From contig CAYGRE010000005.1 in NCBI GenBank assembly GCA_964352215.1, positions 18,527-82,526 of the forward strand: a stretch of DNA of 64,000 nt. Direction: 5' to 3'. Position numbers and translations under genes: made by a program. Below the pieces are notes generated by a model. It ran no database searches, was not told the DNA's origin, and was given only the letters and a program-made list of their open reading frames with translations. Positions 1 through 12,000 of the stretch are shown in pieces (position 1 is the first letter of the stretch; every line of letters starts with the position of its first letter). This DNA comes from an uncultured Bacteroidia bacterium (lineage in GTDB: Bacteria; Bacteroidota; Bacteroidia; J057; JADKCL01).

Positions 1-3000
1 GCTGGTGACAGACCCATTCGGATCCACAGAACCGCTGCCTGTGAAGTCTACGGTCAAGGTCGGGCTGCATGCTTGCACATCCGCCTGACAGAACGCTACC
101 GGGGCAAATGAACCTTCACACTCAGGCCCGACCGCGAAGTTCTGCTGAATCTCAGCCGGGCTGAGCGCATCGTTGTAAATCGCGACCAGGTGCATCTCAC
201 CTAACCAGGCACGGTTGTTGGTCAACTCATTGGCCAGGGCCAACTCAAAGTTGGCATCCCAGTTGCTGAGGTTGCCACCTCTGGTACCAGTCTCCACGGC
301 CACACCATCCACATAGATGATCCAGGCACCCCCGACATCGCGGGTAAAGACCACATGCTGGAGGTTCGTTGCCACCGCATTGTTGTTGCCATTCAGGTCA
401 GGCGTGCCATTTGCGGCACTCGTGGTCGTACGCACACGGGACATATAGTCGTTGCCATCCTGACCCAGGGTCCAGTTGCGGTTAAATGGATCAGCGGACA
501 TGGTCACGATCCGTGAAGGACCACCCTGAGAAGTATTCGCCGGTGCAACCCAGGCTTCTACAGTCACCTCATTGGTAGCCGCACATGCCGTCTGAATCTT
601 GGCAGCAGCCGTTACCGAATGGATGGTAGTTGCCGAATTCACAGACAGTGCAGAACCACCCACCCAACTGACATTAGATGGATTGTCGATGGTCAGATCG
701 AGCGGTGTCAGGTAACCAGAGTAATCATGGACCGTATTGCCGCTTCCCTCGGTGAAGGTATAATAGGCAACCAGGTTATTGGTGACACGGCCAGCGACAT
801 TGTTGGTGACGGTCACCGTATTGGTGCAGGTTCCAACCAAGCCTGTATTGTCCGTGACGGTGAGGGTAACCGTATAGGTTCCAGCCGCTGCGTAGACATG
901 GGTTGGGCTGACCTGGCCGGAGCCATTGCCGTCACCGAAGTCCCAGGCATAGCTGGCGATAGAACCATCGGGATCGGTAGAGTTGCTACCGTCGAAGTCC
1001 ACACTCAAGCCATTGTCACATTCGTCAACCTCTGCCGTACAGAAGCCAACCGGAGGATAATTGCCAGCACAGCCACCACCTACGGCGAGATTCTGCTGAA
1101 TCTCCGCGAGGCTCAATGCCTTGTTGTAGATCGCGACCAGCTTGACATCACCCAACCAGGCACGGTTGTTAGTCAGCTCATTGGCAATCGCCAATTCGAA
1201 GTTGGCATCCCAGTTGCTGAAGTCGCCCCCGCGGAAGTTACCCGCCTGAACCGCACCATCTACGTAGATCTGCCAGACACCAATCGCGTCACGGGTCATG
1301 ACCACGTGTTGCAGATTGTTGGTGACAGCTCCTGCATTGGAGATCAAATCAGGTGTACCGTTGGCAGCGGAAGTTGAAGTCCGCAGACGACCGCGGTAAG
1401 TATTGCCTTCCTGACCCAGGGTCCAGTTGCGGTTAAACGGATCAGAACTCATGGTGACGATCCTCGCCGGACCACCCTGAGAAGTATTGGCGGGAGCTAC
1501 CCAGGCCTCTACCGTGATCTCACCGGTGGCGCCACATGCATTGGCAATCTTGGTAGCAGGCACACCCGAAGAAATGATCGTACCCGCATTGATATTGACA
1601 CCGTTGTCCGTGAGCCAGGTCACATTGCCGGGATTGTCGATCACGAGATCAAGTGGAGCACCGTAGCCACTCAGGTCATGGACTACACTTCCACCACCTT
1701 CAACGAAGGGGTAGTAGGCGATCAGGCCATCAGAGACCCGGTCGTTGGCACATGGGTTGCAATCGTTACCGACGACTACACTGTCGAGTAAGGCGCAACC
1801 ATTGTCATCTACGGCCAATACCTGGTAGGTACCGGCTGGCAGACCACTCAAGGTATCGGTTCCGTTGCCAGTACCTACCGCGTAGGTAATGGTCAGAATC
1901 GGAGCATCACCGGCACTGGCATCATAGGCCTTCGCTTCGCGGAGACCGGAACCAGCCAGGATAAATGCCATGCTGTTGCCATCTGCCCAGCCACCACGGT
2001 TGACAATCTCTTGCACCGCTGCGGTAAGATCAGGCGTATTGTAAGATGCATTCGCCGTCCAGGCCGGTACGTTACTCCAGGCTATGGTGCTTGGAGTTGC
2101 GGTCCGGATCAGGAGATTGGCAGGCGCACTCGTAATCGGAAGTGCATCATCGGAATAATCACCATAGATGCTAAAGTTGGCCACACTTGACTGAGAGCTT
2201 AGAGCCTCAAAAGTAATGTAGGCTGACTGAACCGTAGCCCCCTGAGGTACATTGACCCCCTGGAAGCGGACACCGACAAATTGTGGATCGGAAGGATCGT
2301 TGTTGTCGTAGCCAATCTCCAGGGAAGGACTGTTGAGGTTCATCGCGCCGGAAGTCAGGGTCTGCTCAGCATCATCGCTGCTGGTCGCCACCTGGGTAGA
2401 TGAACTTGCGCCACCTACCAAAGTCAGGATATGGGGAGCCGACCCACCGCTGGCGTAGATAGCGCCAGTACCGCCACAAGCAGCACCCACACCTACCAAT
2501 TCCAGTTCATCCGGCTGATCCAGAGTCACCTGATCGGTGAAGGAACAGCCATTGGCATCGGTCACCGTCACCGTATAGGTGCCGGCATTCAACCCGGTAT
2601 TGGACAATGGCTGCGTCCACGTTACCTCAAGAACAGGTGCCAAACCAGGATCTTCATCGTAAGAAGAAGCATTCCGATAGCCAGTTCCATTGACCACCAC
2701 AGCCAGATCATTGCCAGAAATCCAGCCCGCACGGTTCACGACCTCCTGAACAACCGCACTGAGGTCAGGCGTATTGTAGGTCTGGCCACTTACCCAGTTG
2801 GGAACGTTCCAGGCAACACTGCTTGCAGTCAGCGGACGGATACCCACATTGTTGTTGGCAGTGGTAAATCCGGCAGCATTGTCAGAGGACTCAGCCCGGA
2901 AGGTCAAGCTGGCCAGGCCGGAAGCATTGTCCTCTGAGATAAAGAGAATCTTCGCACTGGTAATGGTAGCCCCTTGTGGAACGGCCAAATCAGGGAAGCG

Positions 3001-6000
3001 GATACCCACCAATTGGGGATCAGAAGGATTGTTGTTGTCATAACCCATCTCCAGCGAGACACTGTTGGTATTCACAGCACCACTGGTCAGGGTTTGTTCT
3101 GCATCATCACCGGAAGCCATCGGAGTCGAAGTCACATTTCCGGTTGGTACAGTCAGAGAATAAGTATAAGGCTGAGTTCCACCGGTAGCGGTGACGGTCC
3201 CGTCACTGCCACCAAAGCAAAGTGGATCCTGACCGTTGAGGGCAAGCGCAGCCGGTTCAGTCAAAGTGACATTGGCTACTGCAACATTACCGATGCCATC
3301 GGTAACGGTTACCGAATAGGTACCCGCGGCCAGACCCGTCGCAGTTGCGGTGGTCTGTGAACCTGCATTGGCGTCCCAGAGATAGCTAAAGGGTGGCAAA
3401 CCACCAGTAACGGTAACGGTCGCTTCCCCAGTCGCATCCCCATTGCAAAGCACAGGGCTGGTCACAGCCGCAACCGCAGAAATAGGAGGCGCAACCGCAC
3501 TGACAAATACGGTATCACTTGAATAACACCCATTTGCATCAGCCACTTTCACCAGGTAAACCCCAGTAGCAAGACCGGTTGCAGTCTGCGTGGTTTGACT
3601 ACCGGTACTGGGCGGCCAGAGGTAAATAAATGGAGGTGTTCCACCGGAAACGTTGGCGATGGCTTCCCCATCATTTGAAGTTGGGGTGGAAGCAGCGACC
3701 GTATTGACCGCGTTCACAGTCAGTGGTGCGGGTTCCGTAATCTCAACGGTATCGAGGGCGGTACAACCATTGCCGTCAGTCGCCTTCACGAAGTAGGTGC
3801 CGACACCGAGGTTGGTATTGCCAACCACGGAAGTAGTCGCATATTCGACCACCAGTACCGGAGCACCAGCCTGGTTGCCATTGTAAGAGAAAGCTCTTCT
3901 GCGGCCCTGACCATCTACCCGGAACAACATGCTGTTGCCACTGCTCCAGCCACCACGGTTCACAATCTCCTGTACAATCCCGCTCAGATCAGGGGTGCGC
4001 TCATCGGCACCTGCCTGACCCGCAACAGTCCAGTTGGGAGGACTCCAGGTGACAACAGAGCTGGTCACCGGACGGTTGGTGATATTGTTGGTGGCATTCT
4101 GGATTACAGAGGCATCATCCGATGCTTCACCCAGGATATTCAGATTCGAAGGATTCAGGTTACCGGTATTTTCCGCCGTGAATTGGATGTAGGCATTGGT
4201 AATCGCGGCTCCCTGTGGAATGGCCACATTGCGGAAGCGTACCCCGACAACCTGATTGCCATTGTTAGCACCGTCAAAGACCAGTTCCAGATCATTGTTG
4301 CCCAGATTCGTAGAACCATTGGCACGTTGCTCAGCATCATCGGCTCCAAAGGAAACCTGGTTGCTGATCGTATTCACCGTCGCTGCATAGACAACCACGT
4401 TTATGGGGCCTGTACCACCGGAAGCGGTGATCTCTCCATCGGAAGCACCGTTGCAACTGACATCGTTGCTGCTGATCACGATCGGAGCAGGCTCGCCAAT
4501 GGTGATAGTCGAAGTATTCGAACAACCGTTGGCATCCGTAGCCGTCACGGTATAAGTACCGGCAGGCAGGTTCGTATTGGAAGGCAATGTGGTGCTGTAC
4601 TGTACACTCAGGACAGGCGCATCGGCCGGAGATCCATTGTAAGAATACGCACTGCGACGACCGGCTCCATTCAGGAAGAGCGAGAGGTCATTGCCCGCAC
4701 TCCAACCGGAACGGTTGACAATTTCCTGTACCACACCACTCAGATCCGGCGTTTGCTGGTCTGCCCCAGCCTGCCCAATGGTATTCCAGTTGGCAGGTGA
4801 CCAGTTGACACTGGCGCTGGTATTGGCACGGGTAGAAAGGTCGAAGGTCGAGTTGGCGAAGTTAGCAGAATTGTCCGCTGCCTCTCCGGTAATGACCAGG
4901 TTGGAAGGATTCGTATTGTTGGTATTCTGCGCGGTGAACTGAACCCTGGCGTCGACAATAATCGCTCCCTGGGGAATGTTCACGTTCCGATAGCGGAGAC
5001 CAACCGTCTGGAGACCCTGGTTATTGTTTGAGAATACCATGCGGAGGTGGTTGCGGCCTCCTCTGACCGTACCGTTCTGATCTTCTTCCGCATCATCCTG
5101 TCCGCCCACAATTGGTAAGACAACTGAGTTAGCGGAAGTCGTGATCGTGTAAGTATAAGGTGCAGTACCACCAGAAGCGACGATCTGTCCATCCGAATCA
5201 CCATTGCAACTCACATCTACACCGGCGAGGGAGATGTTGGAACTGGTCTGGGTAAGGGTCACAGTTGCGACAGCAGTACAGCCGTTCGCGTCGGTAATGG
5301 TTACACTGTAGGTGCCGGGGTTCAAACCAGTTGCCAGAGCAGTCGTCTGATTGCCCGCAGCAGCATCCCATTGATACGTGTAAGCAGGAGTGCCACCGGT
5401 AGCGCTGGCCAGGGCTTCCCCTGAATTCGGAGCACCACATCCACCTTGAACGGTTACGGTCGCACTGGCAACCAGTGCAATAGGACTGGTTACGGTAGCG
5501 GAAGCAGTCGCAGTACAATTGTTGGCATCGGTAATGGTCACCGTATAAGTTCCACCAGCCAAACCGCTCAGGTCTTCAGTTGTCGCACCATTGGACCAGC
5601 TGAAGCTGTAAGGTGCAGTTCCACCAGAGACCGACAGATCAACCGTTCCATCGGAAGCGCCATTGCAGGATTCATCCGTAGAAGTGACAGCGGAAGTAAC
5701 CGCAGCCGGTTCACCCACAGAAGCGGACGCATTGCTGGTGCAACCATTGGCATCGGTAACAACTACGGTATAGGTTCCGGCGGTCACGCCGCTCAGGTCC
5801 TCGGTGGTAGCACCATTGCTCCAGTTGAAGCTGTAGGGTGCAGTACCACCGGTGACGCTCAGATCAACCAGGCCACTGGCATCCCCATTACAGAGGGCAT
5901 CGGTAGCAGAGGTAGTCAGAACAATAGCGGTAGATCCGGTCACGGTTGCAGAGGCAGTAGCGGTGCAATTGTTCGCATCGGTAATGGTCACGGTATAGGT

Positions 6001-9000
6001 TCCAGCGGTCAGACCACTCAGGTCTTCAGTAGTCGCACCATTGGACCAGCTGAAGCTGTAAGGTGCGGTACCACCGGAGACGGTAAGGTCCACGGTCCCA
6101 TCGGAACCTCCATTGCAGGATTCATTGGTTGAAGTAGCAGTCGCCGCAATTGCGACCGGTTCTGCCACCGTAGCCGAAGCAGTCGAAGTACAGTTATTCG
6201 CATCGGTAATGGTCACCGTATAAGTTCCACCGGCCAGACCGCTCAGGTCTTCGCTCGTTGCACCATTGGACCAGCTGAAGCTGTAAGGTGCAGTACCACC
6301 ACTGACGCTCAGGTCAATGCTGCCATCATTGGCACCCAGGCAACTTGCATCGGTCGCAACCGCAGTGCCGGCAATTGCCGTCGGCTCATTTACCGCTGCA
6401 GTTCCCGTGACGGTACAATTGTTTGCATCCGACAAGGTCACGGTGTAGGAACCAGCCGGGACACCACTGATGTCTTCGGTGGTGGCGCCATTGGACCAGC
6501 TAAAGGAATAAGGAGGAGTGCCGCCGCTTACGGTAAGGTCAACTGCGCCATTGGCTGCGCCATTGCAAATCAGATCGGTTGCAGTCAGCGTAAAGCTGAT
6601 CGCAGATGGATCATTCAAAGTTGCGCTTGCGGTCGCTGAACAGTTGTTGGCATCGGTGATGGTCACCGTATAGGTGCCAGCTCCGATTCCATTGACATCT
6701 TCAGTGGTAGCGGTAGTGCTCCAGGCATAAGTATAAGGAGCAGTTCCACCTGTCACCGTCAGGTCAATGAACCCATCGGTAGCGCCATTGCAGGAAGGAT
6801 CAGTTACTGTTGTTGAAGCCGTGATAGCAGTTGGTTCGGTTAAAGATGTGCTACCGGTAGCAGTACATCCATTTGCATCCGTAACCGTTACACCGTAAAG
6901 CCCGGCACTCAGACCACTGAGGTCTTCAGTCGTTGCGGCATTGCTCCAAGCATAAGTATAGGGAGCAGTTCCACCGGCAACAGACAGGTCAATTGAACCA
7001 TCCGTGCCTGCATTGCAGGAAATATCGGTACTGGTAAAGGCCAGGGAAACAACCGCTGGCTCACCTACGGTGTAGTTTCCAACCTCTACACAACCGTTGG
7101 CATCGGTCAGGGTGACAGCATAGCTGCCCGCAGCCAGACCGGAAACATTCTGGGTGGTTGGTCCGTGACTCCACATATAGCCATAGCTACCGGCTCCACC
7201 AGAAGGCGTGATGCTTATCGCACCATCAGAGAGGCCATTGCAGCTGACATCGGTAATCGTTTCATTCAAGCCCAATGGGAAAGGCTCTATCAGTGAGGAT
7301 TGCTGCGTGGTTACACAGCCATTGGCATCAGTCACAGTCACAGAATAATTACCAGATCCAAGGCCAGTCACATTCTGGGTGAGGGCGCCGGTGCTCCAAT
7401 TGTAGCTAAATGGAGCGGTGCCACCTACGACAAAGAGGTTGAATCCACCGTCCATCGCACCCGTACAAGAGATATTCACCTTTTGCATGATGAGGGTCAA
7501 AGCAGCGGGTTGGGCCACCGTTGCAGAAGCAGTGGAAATACATCCATTACCATCGGTCACAGTCACCGTATAGGTACCAGCCGCGAGACTGGAAATGTCT
7601 TCCGAAGTCGCACCGGTTGTCCAGGCGTAAGTATAAGGAGGTATTCCTCCACTGATGCTCAGGTCAACCGTGCCATCAGTTCCGCCGTTGCAATTGACAT
7701 CGGTGGCAACTGTGGTCAATACCAGGATGGCTGGTTCTGCAACCGTTGCAGAAGCACTGGCGGTGCAGCCATTTGCATCGGTGATGACCACGCTGTAGGA
7801 ACCTGCAGTGAGGCCGGAAAGGTCTTCGGTAACCGCGCCAGTATTCCAGAGGTAGGTCACCGGAGAAACAGCACCTGTTACGGTCAGGTCAATACTTCCA
7901 TCTGCAGCCCCAAAACAACTTACGTCCGTCGCAATGGCAGCAGCCTGAATGGCCACCGGCTCTCCGACACTTGCGGTGAGGACTTCCTGACAGCCATTGG
8001 CATCAGTAATCGTTACCACATAAGTTCCGGCTGAGACTCCACTGAGGTCTTCGGTAGTTGCACTGTTGTCCCAGCTAAAGGTAAAGGGCGCTGTACCTCC
8101 GCTGACAGACAGGTCAACGGACCCGTCACTGCCACCATTGCAGGTGACATCCGTAGCAGAAACAGTGGCGCTGATAGCTGAAGGAGCATTTACGTTGGCC
8201 GAAGCAGTGCCTGTACAGCCGCTTGCATCGGTAACCGTAACCGTATAGGTTCCGGAACCCACCGCAGCCAAATCTTCTGTGGTAGCCCCATTGCTCCATG
8301 CATAAGTGAGCGGTGCGACGCCATTGGTAACAGTCAAATCAACACTGCCATCCGCCAAACCGTTACAAGAACCGTCGGTAGTGGCAAGGCTCAATTGAAT
8401 GGCGGCCGGTTCTGCAATCGTTACGATCGCATTCTCGACACAACCGTTTGCATCGGTCACCTGGACCGCATAAGGCCCGGCAGGGACATTGTTCAAATCC
8501 TGGGTGGTAGCATTGGTACTCCACAGATAGGAGAATCCACCCACACCGCCAGTTGCAGTCAGGTCAATATTGCCATCAGAGAGGCCATTGCAAGAAACGT
8601 CAGAAAGGTTAAAGCTGAGGTTGATAGCTGGAGGAGCTAAAATCTCAACACTGTCAATAGCGACACATCCTTTGTCATCGGTCACAGTAACTACATAAGT
8701 TCCGGCAGTCAATTGACCAATATTCTTAGTCGTATCTCCATTGCTCCACATATAACTGAAGAGTGGAGAGCCACCCGTGATACCCAGCACGATTGAACCA
8801 TTTCCTTCGTTGTTACAGGCCAGGTTGGTCGTCGTAAAGCTGATCGCAATGGAATCCGGCTGGGAAACCTCGGCAGAATCTACCACCACACAGCCCTGAT
8901 TATCGGTCAGGGTGACAGTGTACAGACCAGCACTAAGGTTAGTCAGGTCCTCAGAAGTAGCCCCATTGCTCCAGAGATAGGTATAGGTACGTCCGGTATT

Positions 9001-12000
9001 GGAAACAGTCAGATCAATGCCACCGTCCGTATCACCATAGCAAACGAGGTCAAACACCTGGAAGGACAGGCTCGGAGCGGCAGGCTCATTGATCGAATAG
9101 GTACCGGAGGCGGTGCATCCATTGGCATCGGTGACTACCACAGAATAGCTACCAGCGGTAAGGCCGTTGATGTCTTCGCTGTTTGCAGAGTTGCTCCAGG
9201 TGAAGACAAAGGGAGCCACGCCATGGGTGACGGTCAGATCAAGCGCACCGTCATTGCCACCTGGACAGGTCACATCGGTCGCGGTTGCATTCAGCACAAT
9301 GGCCAAAGGATCGGTCAAGGTGACCGTCCCGGTCGCCACGTCACTGTTGTTGTCAGTAACGGTTACGCTGTACGTGCCAGCGGCAAGACCAGTTGCAGTT
9401 GCAGTCGTCTGGTTGCCGGCAGCCGCATCCCATTGGAATGAGTAGGGTGGTACACCACCGGTAACAAAAGCAGTAGCTTCACCATCATTTCCACCCGCGC
9501 AGGAGATTGCAGCCGTCTGGTTGACGGTTACAACCAATTGGCCGGCAGGATCAGGAACCAATGCGGTATCGGCTGCGACACATCCATTGGCGTCGGTCAC
9601 GGTTACAGTATAGATACCGGCAGAAAGTCCGGTAGCAGTTGCCGTGGTCTGGCTGCCAGCATTGGCATCCCAGAGATAAGTATAAGGAGGTGTTCCGCCG
9701 CCGGCGGTCGCAGTAGCTTCACCATCACTTCCACCGGCGGTGGAGATGGGGGAAGACTGAGCTGCGGTCACTGAAACAGCGGAAGGTTCGGTCAGGGTAA
9801 CGGAACCCGTTCCGGTACAGCCATTGGCATCGGTCACGGTAACATCATAAGTGCCAGGAGCGAGGCTGGAAGCATTGGCCAGCGTACCGGCTCCACCGCT
9901 CCAATTGTAAGCATAAGGCGCACATCCGCCGCTTACAGAAACCGTAACTGCACCATCATTGGCACCATTGCAGGTGATTCCTGAAATAATGCTTGCATTG
10001 GCAACCACTGGATCTGGCTCCGTCAGCTCAATGCTGTCCGTTGTAGCACATCCATTGGCATCGGTGACAGTAACCGTATAGGTTCCGGCGCCAAGATTGC
10101 TCTGAGCAGGTCCACCCAGGGCGACCACCTCAATCGCGGAAATCTTTGCATTGTCTACCACCGTCACAAAGCCAATGTCAAGGCTTCCGTCGGTAACGGT
10201 GGCCGTAGTGGTTTCGATGACAGCGGTTCGGAAACCGGCAGTCGCGAATATATCGTAGTCGTCCAGTACCAGTGCCCCTTCGACATTGACATCAAATACA
10301 CGGGCTCCTACACTCTGAGCACCATTGAAGACCTCAGCAAAGTGAAGGTTAACCTGGTAGGTGCCATTGGGAACCGGGATATTGTAATTCATGGTTCCGT
10401 AGCGCTCACTCTTGTACAGGTCAGGATCAGCCGTATTGGCAATGGTCCCGCCCACATTGAAGAAGACACCGCCGGTAGCATATTGATCGGCTGCGAAAAC
10501 ATCTCCATTCGCGGCGGTGTAAGCACCTTGGTTTCCAGTATTCAGGCGAATAACAGTTCCACCCCAATCATAAGTATAAGGAGCGACCCCGCCGGAAGCG
10601 GCAGCATTGATGGAACCATCGGTGGCTCCATTGCAGCTGATATTGAAGCCACAATTGTAGGTGGATGGGGTCAGGCTGACCGCTACGGAGGCAGGTTCTC
10701 CCACGGTTGCGGTAGCAGTGACCGTGCATCCATTCGCATCGGTAACGTCCACCGAATAGGTACCGGCAGTCAGGCCGGTCGCAGTCGCGGTGGTTTGGTT
10801 GCCGGCGGAAGCATCCCAGAGATAAGTATAAGGTAAGGTTCCACCGGTAGCAGTAACCGAAGCCGTTCCGTCTGCATCCCCGGCACAAGTCGCATCTGAA
10901 GCAGAAGCACTCAGGCTGATGGCCGCAGGTTCGGAAATGGTAACCGCCGCATTGGCGGTACAGCCGTTGGCATCGGTGACCAGAACCGTATAAGTTCCAC
11001 CGGCCAGGCCGGTTGCAGTAGCAGTCGTTTGGGAGCCAGCGGAAACGTCCCATTGGTAAGTATAAGGTGACGTTCCACCGGTGGCAGTTACTGAAGCGGT
11101 TCCGTCACCTGCTCCGTTACAGGACACGTCTGTTCCGTTAGCAGAAGCTGTCAGGGCCGAAGCCGGACCGGCTATCGTAACAGAAGCATTTGCGGTACAT
11201 CCATTGGCATCGGTAACCGATACGCCGTAGGTTCCTGCAATCAGGTTGGAAGCGGTTGCGGTAGTCTGGCTGCCAGCCGCGGCATCCCACTGGATGCTGT
11301 AAGGCGCACAACCACCAGTGGTGGAAACGCTTGCTTGTCCATCGGCAAGGCCGAAGCAGGACTCGTCCTGATCAACCACAGCCGTAGCCACCAGCAGATC
11401 TGGTTCCGTCAGGGCAATGTTTTCGGTGACGCTGCAACCATTGGCGTCGGTGACGACAACCGTATAGCTACCCGCTGGAACACCACTCAGCGTTCCTCCG
11501 GATCCCGTCACTTCGACAATCTCGATCGCACTGATCTTGGCATTGTCCACCAGACCGGTAAATACAAAATTCAAAGTATCGTCCGTAACATTGGCGACCG
11601 TGGTTTTGATCACTGCAGTCATGGTACCAACGTCGGCAATGATATCGTAGTTGCTCAGGAAGGGGACACCTTCTACCTCGACATTCATGATTCGGTCCCC
11701 AATATTGCCAGGCTGGCTGGAGGTTCCGGTGGCACCGTGGAAGATTTCTGCAAAGTGGAGGCGCACTTCATAGGTCCCGTTGGAGACCGGGATATGGTAC
11801 TCCAGAATCTTTGCCCAACGTTCAGTGCGGTACAATTGATCGTCGGTGGTGCCGAGCACATCAACAATATTGTTATTGGTGTATTGCCCGCTGGGGGTTT
11901 GGACAATGGTATAATTCGCGGCATTGTCTGCGGCAAATACATCGCCATTGGCAGCGGTGAAGCTGCCGCCATTGCCGGTATTGATGCGGATCGCATTCTG

